Source: Verrucomicrobiota bacterium
Lineage (GTDB): Bacteria > Verrucomicrobiota > Verrucomicrobiia > Opitutales > Seribacteraceae
Length of the DNA stretch: 64,000 nucleotides
NCBI GenBank assembly: GCA_027622665.1
Contig: JAQBYT010000002.1
Span: 324,266-388,265, forward strand
Reading direction: 5' to 3'
Part shown: one piece after another, positions 23,267 to 31,396 of the stretch
How the letters are laid out: the number at the start of each line of letters is the position of its first letter
Numbering within the stretch: position 1 is the stretch's first letter
Program-made: the position numbers and the translations under genes
The notes under the pieces: generated by a model
Database searches by the model: none
What the model was told of the DNA's origin: nothing
Seen by the model: the letters and a program-made list of their open reading frames with translations, nothing else

Positions 23267-23301
23267 CAAACAGTATGTACGAAATCCGTACATACTGTTT
23301 G
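23267..23301. promoter_or_regulatory. Perfect 15-bp inverted repeat upstream of hsdM (candidate operator)
   Basis: CAAACAGTATGTACG-aaatc-CGTACATACTGTTTG. Confidence 0.6.
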
Positions 23302-23702
23302 ATATGTTTGTGATATAGGTTGTAACCGCTGAATAGATGGCGATAGCACCCACTATCCCACAACCGCCAAAACCGCCTGCTTCAACTCGTCACTTAGATC
23401 ACCCCATCTTTCGACGATCTGCGACACCATGCGACGATGAAAACGCCCTCTGCGCGCGTAGTAGCAGAGTGCGCTAGACCCCGAGACCTACATGGTTCGC
23501 CTGCTCGCCAAGGGCGCTAACCCTCTAACCACAAGGGCTAGAGGCCTAGCAAAGGAGGCGAGCGCACTCGCGCAGTGCGTCTATTTCGTAAACTTGCTGT
23601 GGTGTCCAGCGATCAAAGGGATGATCGTGGCACTGAGCGCAGTCCTGCTCCGGATTAAGTCGAAAAATCGACTTCCGGTGGCAGGCTTTTCGGGTCTCAA
23701 GT

Positions 23703-23821
23703 GATACCCGAATGGTTAGTCTCTCAAGCTTTACTTCTGGACTTCCACCTTGATCGAATCCCAGTCGGCGAAGTTGCTGTCGATCCCGACTATGCGGACG
23801 TTCTGGGTGCCGGATGTGGCG
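23703..23821 (-). repeat. Displaced copy of the 3' end of the small gene 25011-25172 (direct repeat of 24984-25101)
   Basis: 85/91 identity over 23731-23821 vs 25011-25101, plus a shared ccgaatggttagtctc downstream of the stop. Confidence 0.93.
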
Positions 23822-23866
23822 AATTTACGTTGAAATTAATAAATCGTCGTGCGATGGTATATTGAA

Positions 23867-24409
23867 ATGAAAAGTTTGTCCAAACAGGAGGTTCTTGCAT
23901 CCTTGGCGAGACTGGGGGAATTGGCGGAGGAACGCGAAATCGCCTTGGATCTTTGCGTGTATGGTGGATGTGCGATGATGCTTGCCTTTGATCGACGAGC
24001 GATCACTCGAGACGTCGATGCCGTGTTTCACCCGACCGAAAAGGTTATCCCCCTTATCAAGCAAGTGGCGTCCGAGCAGGGGTTGCCTGAGGACTGGTTG
24101 AATGACGACGTCCGCCAATTTCTCGCGACCAAGGAATCACTTCGCGAACTGCCGATCGATTTGCCGGGAGTGCGACTGACGGCGCCAACGGCGGGGTACC
24201 TTTTGGCGATGAAGGCCTTGGCTTGCCGAAGAGCCTTGCCCGGGTACAAGGGCGACGAGGAGGACCTTCGCTTTTTGATTCGGAAATTGGAAATATCCTC
24301 GATCAAGGATATCCAGAAACATATCGACAAATACTATCCGGATGATGCACCGAACGAATCGGGCAGGGCTTTGTTGAACCAGATAATCGAGGAGGAGAGC
24401 AAGGGATGA
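23867..24409 (+). CDS. DUF6036-like nucleotidyltransferase (putative toxin)
   Basis: VYGG.AM...TRDVD NTase motif; WLND; YLLAMK; D..D. Confidence 0.75.
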   Translation: MKSLSKQEVLASLARLGELAEEREIALDLCVYGGCAMMLAFDRRAITRDVDAVFHPTEKVIPLIKQVASEQGLPEDWLNDDVRQFLATKESLRELPIDLPGVRLTAPTAGYLLAMKALACRRALPGYKGDEEDLRFLIRKLEISSIKDIQKHIDKYYPDDAPNESGRALLNQIIEEESKG

Positions 24410-24933
24410 GCTCGAGAGTGGAGAGACCGCAAACTATGCTGCAAGTGGCCGAGCAATCCGAAAGCCTTGAGGAATTCGGCTTTTTGCTTCGGGATTGGAT
24501 ACACTTCCTGACACGCGGAGACGTGAGCAATCGGCCGGCCTTTGTCAGGGCTATTGCCGAGGAACCGACCATTCTGGCGAAGAAGTTCGAACAGGGGGAG
24601 GTGGCGGATGCTTATTTGGCCGCTTATGCGGAGTGGATCGCCGACCGTGTGCGGGTGGAACGCCCTGCATGGGTCTTGGGTAAGAACCGTGTGCTGCAGG
24701 AGCCGTGGTTTGCAGATGAGGCCCGAGCCTCCTTGCTTGTATTGGCTCCTGCTTCGTTTCGCCAACGCGGAGTGTATACGGTGCCCGAGGAAGTGGCGCC
24801 CTTGCGCCGGGGGCGTCCCCGAGTGAGCGAAGACCGGAAGCGAGCGAAGGCGCGAGCGCGGGATCGTCGTTACCGAGAAAACATTCGGACGAAGCTGAGG
24901 AAGTTGAAAGAACTCGAAAGCAGGCTTGCCTAA
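24406..24933 (+). CDS. Putative antitoxin partner of the nucleotidyltransferase, with a basic C-terminal tail
   Basis: ATGA overlap; AYLAAYAE..A...P.W...L.EPWF...P.SF.QRGV; RRGRPR motif and Arg/Lys-rich tail. Confidence 0.6.
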   Translation: MSSRVERPQTMLQVAEQSESLEEFGFLLRDWIHFLTRGDVSNRPAFVRAIAEEPTILAKKFEQGEVADAYLAAYAEWIADRVRVERPAWVLGKNRVLQEPWFADEARASLLVLAPASFRQRGVYTVPEEVAPLRRGRPRVSEDRKRAKARARDRRYRENIRTKLRKLKELESRLA

Positions 24934-25010
24934 GATATTCCGTTCTCGACGCTCTGAGAACTTACTGCCTCTTGGCGTTTGGGGATAACCGAATGGTTAG
25001 TCTCCCGTCT

Positions 25011-25172
25011 TTACTTTTGGACTTGCACCTTGATGGGATCCCAGTCGGAGAAGTTGCTGTCGATGCCGACTATGCGGACGTTCTGGGTGCCGGATGTGGC
25101 GCCGATGGCGAGGAGGAGGGTGGTGGCGAGAAGGAATCCGATGAGGAGGCTCTTGAAGTCTATGGTTTTCAT
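25011..25172 (-). CDS. 53-aa small secreted/membrane protein (not in the ORF track)
   Basis: MKTIDFKSLLIGFLLATTLLLAIGATSGTQNVRIVGIDSNFSDWDPIKVQVQK*. The diverged duplicate at 23731-23821 keeps the frame and the stop. Confidence 0.7.
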   Translation of the reverse strand: MKTIDFKSLLIGFLLATTLLLAIGATSGTQNVRIVGIDSNFSDWDPIKVQVQK

Positions 25173-25223
25173 GCCTGCACTATCGCCGCCTAACCAGGAG
25201 CGGTCAAGTGGTTCGATTTCCGA

Positions 25224-26573
25224 CTAGAGCAATGCTTTGATCGGCTTTCCGGCAAAGAGAGGAAGGGGGCGACCGAGCTGGTCGTGGATCATGGTGCTTT
25301 CGGGCAATCCCATTGCGGAGTAAGCTGTGGCGAGAACGTCGCCGGGAGTGCAGCCGTCGTTCTTGGGGTAGGCGGCGTGTCCATCGGATTCTCCGTGGAT
25401 TCGGCCGCCTTTGACCCCGCCTCCGGCCATGAGGACGCTGTAGCATTGAGGCCAATGGTCCCTGTGGTCGTTTGTCGGTGAACGGCCCATCTCGCCCATC
25501 CAGATGACGAGGGTGGTATCGAGTAAGCCGCGTTCGCGGAGGTCGATCAATAGGGAGGAGAGGGCGGAGTCGGTCTCCGGTAAATTCTTTTTTAGGGTGC
25601 CGTAGTTGTTGCTGTGTGTATCCCAACGGTCGTTGTTGATCCCGATGTTGTCGTTGATCATGACCGTTCGTACGCCGGATTCGACGAGGCGGCGGGCAAG
25701 AAGGTAACTCTGTCCGTATCGATTGCGTCCGTATCGGTCGCGTGATCGGTCGGGTTCGAGGTTCAGGTCGAAGGCTTGCTTGGCCTTGTCGGAACTAAGT
25801 AGGTGGTAGGCCTGCTCGTGAAAGGCGTTCAACGTTTTGGACTGGATCGACTCTCCCAGTTTGGCCAAGCGTTCCTCCAGGGAGGTTCTGAGCGACATCC
25901 GACCGTGTAAACGATTCATGTTGATGGAATCGTTTAGGGTAAGGTTTTTGATTTTGAATTCTTTTTGGGAAGGATCGCCTTCCACTAAAAAGGGGTCGTG
26001 AGATCCTCCGATGAAGCCCGCATGCTGCCCGGGTTGGATATTGCCAACGTCGTAGCACAGCTGTGGGGCAAGTACGTATGAGGGCAAGGTCTCCGGGGCG
26101 GGTCTGAACTGGCTCAATACCGAACCCAAGGCCGGATGGTGCGAAGGGGTGGGGGTGATGTTGAGCGTGGATTTCGGTGGCTTGTGTCCGGTTAGGGCCC
26201 AGTAGGTTGCGGAGGGGTGCAGACCATCCGTATGCGATACGGTTCGGATTAGGGAAAAGTCTTTCGCCTGCTTGGCCAATTTCGGAAGCAACTCACAAAT
26301 CTCCATGCCGGGAACTGCCGTCCGGATGGGGCGGAAAACCCCTCGGATATCAGCCGGCGCATCGGGCTTTAGGTCGAAGGTGTCCAACTGGCTGGGGCCT
26401 CCGCTGCAGAAAATAAGGATGCAGGATTTTTCCCGTTTGGGCGGGGCCTTGTCCGCAGCTTCAGCTTGCAGGATTTGCGGGAGCGTTAAACCGAGAGATC
26501 CGAAAGCCCCGACTTGTATGAAACGTCGGCGGCTCAATCGATCGGGTTGCAATGGATCTGATATGCTGAACAT
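25224..26573 (-). CDS. DUF1501 domain protein (Tat-like signal)
   Basis: SRRRF; GGPSQLDTFDLKP; LLARRLVESGV; WDTH; GEMGRSP; DHWP. Confidence 0.9.
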   Translation of the reverse strand: MFSISDPLQPDRLSRRRFIQVGAFGSLGLTLPQILQAEAADKAPPKREKSCILIFCSGGPSQLDTFDLKPDAPADIRGVFRPIRTAVPGMEICELLPKLAKQAKDFSLIRTVSHTDGLHPSATYWALTGHKPPKSTLNITPTPSHHPALGSVLSQFRPAPETLPSYVLAPQLCYDVGNIQPGQHAGFIGGSHDPFLVEGDPSQKEFKIKNLTLNDSINMNRLHGRMSLRTSLEERLAKLGESIQSKTLNAFHEQAYHLLSSDKAKQAFDLNLEPDRSRDRYGRNRYGQSYLLARRLVESGVRTVMINDNIGINNDRWDTHSNNYGTLKKNLPETDSALSSLLIDLRERGLLDTTLVIWMGEMGRSPTNDHRDHWPQCYSVLMAGGGVKGGRIHGESDGHAAYPKNDGCTPGDVLATAYSAMGLPESTMIHDQLGRPLPLFAGKPIKALL

Positions 26574-26636
26574 CGCTTGTCATCTAGTTGCGAGAGGTGA
26601 CTATAGTCAAACTTCAAGCAGTACCTGAAGAACTTT

Positions 26637-26733
26637 TTATCTAGAAGGGTTTGGCTTTGGGAAGGTCCATAGTGCGAGGTGTTCCCGATCCTTTACGAGG
26701 ATGCCGCTTTTGAGTAGTTCGGGCGGGGGCTAG
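26637..26733 (-). repeat. Displaced 3' end of a PQQ-propeller gene allele (copy of about 28937-29013)
   Basis: Translates PPELLKSGILVKDREHLALWTFPKPNPSR*; 33/34 nt identical over 26674-26707 vs 28953-28986. Confidence 0.9.
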
Positions 26734-26739
26734 GTTGAC

Positions 26740-26950
26740 GTCTGCCTTGGTGATGGATTGGTTATGCCCAAGCTTGGTGCCGACTGAATTAAAGATGTCT
26801 TTTCGGGCGAGCTTTTACTCGACCATGAAATGAAAAGTCCGTCCGTTCCGAATGGTCCTACCGTTACTTCCTCGTCAAAGACGACTCGACTGCCCGCGCT
26901 CTCGAAATCTACGGTCTTCAAATCGTCAAGGGGAAGGGGGTTGTTGCATT
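26740..26950 (+). pseudogene. Degenerate 3' half of the GIY-YIG gene (copy of about 10393-10610)
   Basis: Colinear matches (atgcccaagcttgg, tcttttcgggcgagcttt, ctcgaccatgaaat, tcgtcaaagacgac) with an internal TGA and a 1-nt deletion. Confidence 0.88.
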
Positions 26951-27032
26951 CGGTTTAATGCTCATATTGGGCTTTTGAAGTTAGAATAAATAGGTATGGA
27001 TAAATTATTAATCTCTGTTAATAGAGTCTGGA

Positions 27033-27893
27033 ATGGTGGGTGAAAGTATAAAGTTTATAGATCTTTTTGCGGGAATTGGTGGGTTTCATCTAGCATTGCA
27101 TAACTTAGGAGCCGAGTGCGTTTTCGCTTCCGAGTGGGACAAGCATGCTCGCGTGACCTACGAACATAATTTTAAGCAAAAATCTCCTGAACTATTCAAA
27201 AAGGGAAATTTTGTTGGAGACATCACGGAAATCGAAAAAAAGAACATTCCGGACTTTGATGTTCTTACTGCGGGCTTCCCATGCCAGCCTTTTAGCCAAG
27301 CAGGGTTCAAGAAGGGTTTTGTAGATACAAGGGGTACGCTTTTCTTCGACATTGCAGAGATTATTAAAATAAAAAAGCCCAAGGCCTTTTTTTTGGAGAA
27401 TGTCAGGCATATATATAAGCATGATGAAGGAAGGACTTTTTCCACGATCAAAAAGACCTTGACCCGGGATCTCGGGTATTCCTTCCAGGAATTCATAGTT
27501 AAAGCTTCCGACCATGGGCTTCCCCAGCACAGGCCAAGGCTTTTCATGATTGGCTTTCGAGATAAAACTCTCTCCATCGATACACCAGAGAAGCAAGATC
27601 TGCTTTTTAAGATGTCGGACGTCATGAAGGGTGAAGTGGATCGAGACGTAGGATACACTTTACGAGTCGGTGGACGAGCTTCGGGTATCAATGATCGCAG
27701 GAATTGGGATTGTTACAGAGTGGATGGCAAGGTTAGGCAATTGAAAGCTGAAGAAGGAAAAATGATGCAGGGTTTTCCGACTACATTTGAGTTCCCCGTT
27801 TCGGAATCAAGCGCCATGAAACAACTCGGGAACAGTGTGGCAGTTGCTGCGGTAGAAGCCTACGCAAGGGAGATCATTAAAGTCATAAGCTAA
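27033..27893 (+). CDS. DNA (cytosine-5)-methyltransferase, orphan
   Basis: DLFAGIGG, GFPCQPFS, ENV, PQHRPR, KQLGNSV. Confidence 0.95.
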   Translation: MVGESIKFIDLFAGIGGFHLALHNLGAECVFASEWDKHARVTYEHNFKQKSPELFKKGNFVGDITEIEKKNIPDFDVLTAGFPCQPFSQAGFKKGFVDTRGTLFFDIAEIIKIKKPKAFFLENVRHIYKHDEGRTFSTIKKTLTRDLGYSFQEFIVKASDHGLPQHRPRLFMIGFRDKTLSIDTPEKQDLLFKMSDVMKGEVDRDVGYTLRVGGRASGINDRRNWDCYRVDGKVRQLKAEEGKMMQGFPTTFEFPVSESSAMKQLGNSVAVAAVEAYAREIIKVIS

Positions 27894-28097
27894 CTTGCTT
27901 CGAAGATTTTGGGGCTCTCTAATCACTTCAATTTCAGATGTCCCATCTTGACCTCTTCAGTTTGCTCGGATGGCTTGAATGCTAAATCAGATCAAGGCCT
28001 ACTATCTATGGATGTAATAGCCGTTAGCATCTTTTACTGTGGGGTGAACCCATTCTATATTTATTTTATGTTTAGCCCTGATATGCCTGATTTCTCT

Positions 28098-28130
28098 TTC
28101 CCGATCCTTTACGAGGATGCGGAATTGGAG
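28098..28130 (-). repeat. Short second displaced copy of the PQQ gene 3' region
   Basis: ttcccgatcctttacgaggatgcggaattggag vs ttcgcgatcctttacgaggatgccgcgttggag (28961-28993). Confidence 0.8.
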
Positions 28131-28160
28131 CGGGATCGCGGGGATTACCGTTCGTAAATG

Positions 28161-28937
28161 CTAGAAATGAGCCCCGGTCGGATGCTGCAAGACGTTCACC
28201 AACAGGTACACGATCGGTATCAGGAGAGGCAGGGCGATGAGGAAGGCGACGGGGGATGGCCAGGAGATGATGATACCACATCGGTTTCCGCGCGCCCCGT
28301 TCCGGCGGGATGCAGTACGTTGGAAGATAGACCATGAGCCCGTAGATGAATATCCACATGGCAACGCCCGTAATCGCGCCTGCCGGGTTTATTGCCGTCT
28401 CGCAGACGATGCCCATGATGCCGAAGAGCAGGAAGACGGCGAATGGGGAAAAGTCGTACCGCGAAAGGATGAGCACCCAGGCAATGAAGAGAGGAACCAA
28501 CACCACTACGCCATGAAACAGGACGACGTCGAGGTAGTCGGTGGAGGCCGTGACGTAGGCCTCGCCCACTTTGACCCCGAAAACAGGGCGAGGTTGGTCA
28601 TCCGGACTGTGATCGCCTCTTCGATCAGAGCGAGGATGGTTGCGAAGAGCACGAATTTAACCCGCCAATCAAAGGGCAAGCGCAGGATGCATGCACGCGC
28701 CCGATCACGAAAGTGATACATTAGCGTCCCACCCAGAACGATCCACAACACGATGAGACCAAGCACCATCTTCACCGTCGCCACCTCGGGCGCACCTGAG
28801 TTGACCGCCACAAGACAAAGGAAACCGGCGGTGAGGATGACCAGAGCGCACAGTATTTTGATAATCAGGCGCTGCAAAGGATGCCCCGCGAGCTCGGGGT
28901 CGTTTGGCTTGTTTCCGGGTCGTGGTTCTTCGTTCAC
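28161..28937 (-). pseudogene. Multi-pass membrane protein broken by two frameshifts
   Basis: Hydrophobic segments continue across three frames; shifts near 28579-28588 and at the G5 run 28251-28255. Confidence 0.7.
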
Positions 28938-30187
28938 TAGAATGCCCAGAGGGCGAGGTGTTCGCGATCCTTTACGAGGATGCCGCGTTGGAGGAGTACG
29001 GGTGGCGCCCAGGTTCCACCATCCGCGACGCGGTAGGAGGCGACTTGCTCGTAGCGTTGGCCGGTAGCTTTTATTACCCGGACTTCGCCGGTGTTGATGA
29101 GGGCAAGGACGTATCCGGGGACGGAAAGGAAGGCGACGTTGTTTCCAACCCGTGGCGGTCCCGACCAGAGAATTTCCCCGTCCTTCGGGTCGAGGCAAAA
29201 GAGTTTTCCCGACTTGTAATGGGACATGCCGAAGAGGAGACCGTCGGCCACGATGGCGGAGCTCATGTCGAGGGCGACTTCCATTTGGCTCCAGTTCTTT
29301 TGCACCGTCCACTTGCCGTCCTTTAGCTTGGGCGAGAGCCCGTGGATGCCTCGGTTCTCGCCGCCGACGAGGATTTGCCCGTCGTGGAAGGTGGGGGTGG
29401 GCATGTTCTGGTTGTGAGTCTTATGGGGGAAAGGGTATTCCCAGAGGAGTCGACCGGTCTTGCTTTCCACGCCCACGATGGCTCGGTGGTTCCATTCAAT
29501 GACTTGGCGGATGCCGTAGTGATCCGCTAGGAGCGGGGAAGAGTAGCAGGTGCCGTCGTTGCCCTGCGTCCAGACCTCCTTGCCGGTTTCGACGTCGAGG
29601 GCCGCGAGGACGCCTTTCTCATCGTTGCCGAAGTGAGCGATGATGCGGTTGCCGTCGACGATGGGGGAGTTCGATGATCCCCAGTAGGGGTGGGGGACCT
29701 TGAAGCGTTTGCCGAGCGAGCTCTTCCAGAGAGCTTTTCCGGTGGCGGCGTCCCAGGCGGAAAGGGTGCCGGTGATGCTCATGACGAATACTCGGCCGTC
29801 GGCGTAGACCGGGGACGACTTGGGTCCCTTGCCGTGACGATCCGCCCCGCCGCCCATTTTGAACGGGGTGGGGTAGCGCCGGCTCCATTGGGCCTTACCG
29901 GTCGCTAGGTCTAGGCAGTGAATGATCTCATCCTCGCCCTCGCGAGCATGCTGCCAAACGTAACCCTTGGCGACGAGAGGCGAACCATACCCTGCGCCCA
30001 CCTTTACCTTCCATACCTCACTGAGCTTGGCGGGCCACTTCTTCGGTGGTTGGAAGTCGCTTACCCGACCGTCGCGTTTCGGTCCTAGCCACCCCGGCCA
30101 GTAATCCTCGGCTGCGGAGGCGTGGTTCCAGGCAAGGAGTGCGATGAAGGTGAAAATCAAGCCTGTTGGAATAATCGTATGCGACAT
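28937..30187 (-). CDS. PQQ-binding-like beta-propeller (BamB-like) secreted protein
   Basis: Signal peptide, WPGWLGP.RDG, repeated LD..TGK..W. Confidence 0.85.
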   Translation of the reverse strand: MSHTIIPTGLIFTFIALLAWNHASAAEDYWPGWLGPKRDGRVSDFQPPKKWPAKLSEVWKVKVGAGYGSPLVAKGYVWQHAREGEDEIIHCLDLATGKAQWSRRYPTPFKMGGGADRHGKGPKSSPVYADGRVFVMSITGTLSAWDAATGKALWKSSLGKRFKVPHPYWGSSNSPIVDGNRIIAHFGNDEKGVLAALDVETGKEVWTQGNDGTCYSSPLLADHYGIRQVIEWNHRAIVGVESKTGRLLWEYPFPHKTHNQNMPTPTFHDGQILVGGENRGIHGLSPKLKDGKWTVQKNWSQMEVALDMSSAIVADGLLFGMSHYKSGKLFCLDPKDGEILWSGPPRVGNNVAFLSVPGYVLALINTGEVRVIKATGQRYEQVASYRVADGGTWAPPVLLQRGILVKDREHLALWAF

Positions 30188-30424
30188 GCCGCAATCTCCC
30201 TTTAAGGATTTATAATTTGTATGATGGCTTTTATGAGCGAGTAGACTTGGGAGTGGTGAGTTGAAGGTGCTACCATGTGGTTTGTCAAGGGCGGCGTCTT
30301 AGGAGAAGAACCTTTTGAGTCGAGTTAAGAATTGCTTGCCAAATGGGGCATGAATGAGGTTGATCGTTTGTTTGATTCCACCGTTGCGTGGTGACCATCC
30401 TTTACCATTCACACAAACAATCCT

Positions 30425-31192
30425 ATGAAACGAAATATTCTTAATCTGTTTACCTGTGTTCTCTCCCTTGGACTCTGCAACGCTTTCCTGTCGGCTAAAG
30501 AGGAAAAAACATTGAAGGGCCTGATCGTAACCGGTGGTTGCTGCCACGATTACAAGAATCAGAAGAACATAATAAGCGAGGGCGTGAGTAAGCGCCTGAA
30601 GGTGAAGTGGGAAATCTTTTTCGAGATGGACGAAAAGAAGAGCAAGGCGCACCTCAGCAAAAAGGGCTGGGCCGACAAGGCCGACTTCATCGTGTGGAAC
30701 CATTGCTTCGCCAATGAACGCGACGCCAAGTTCATCGATTCCTTGGCCGCTATCCACAAGGCTGGCAAGCCCGCCATCGCCCTGCACTGCGCCATGCACT
30801 CCTATCACTGGAACGTAAAAGCGGAAGATGGTAAGGAAAACACTTGGCCGCAGCTTCTCGGCGTATACTCCAAGGGGCACGGCCCCAAGCGCAAGATCAC
30901 GGTTTCCAAGGCCAAGGGTCAGGAAACGCATCCCATTTTGAAGGATCTTTCGGAGGGTTGGACGACGCCCGAAGGCGAGCTCTACAACGTACAGCGGGTT
31001 CTCACCGCCAAGGTGCTGGCCTATGGCAACAACGGCGTGGCCAAGGAACCCCAAGCCTGTATCTGGACCAACGAGTACGGGAAGGGACGCGTGTTCGGTA
31101 CCACTATCGGCCATCACAATTCCACCATGTCGACTAAGGAATATCTCGATCTCATTGCCAACGGCGTGCGCTGGGTGAACAGGCTAGACTGA
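30425..31192 (+). CDS. ThuA-like domain protein
   Basis: GGCCHDY, LHCAMHS, ELYN, YGKGRVFGTTIGH. Confidence 0.8.
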   Translation: MKRNILNLFTCVLSLGLCNAFLSAKEEKTLKGLIVTGGCCHDYKNQKNIISEGVSKRLKVKWEIFFEMDEKKSKAHLSKKGWADKADFIVWNHCFANERDAKFIDSLAAIHKAGKPAIALHCAMHSYHWNVKAEDGKENTWPQLLGVYSKGHGPKRKITVSKAKGQETHPILKDLSEGWTTPEGELYNVQRVLTAKVLAYGNNGVAKEPQACIWTNEYGKGRVFGTTIGHHNSTMSTKEYLDLIANGVRWVNRLD

Positions 31193-31396
31193 GAGCTGGA
31201 GGTGATGACGGCGAAGAGTTCCACCGCGAACGTTTACCTTCACGCCAATTTCCAATCGCCGGTCGGCCCGGACGGGGTTAGTCGAAGTTTTAAGTTTTTC
31301 GAAATCGAGCTCCTTAGTTAGAAAGGATTTGTTTACCTGTTAGCTCTTTCATTCGTGACCTGTAAAGTGAATTAGAGTTAACTGTCTGAGTTCAAT

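Noticed and set aside
23503..23563. Integron attC site or tRNA
   Set aside because: No matched RYYYAAC/GTTRRRY ends, no integron integrase, and no cloverleaf with a T-loop consensus.
23703..25101. Diversity-generating retroelement TR/VR pair
   Set aside because: Mismatches are not confined to adenines and there is no reverse transcriptase in the window.
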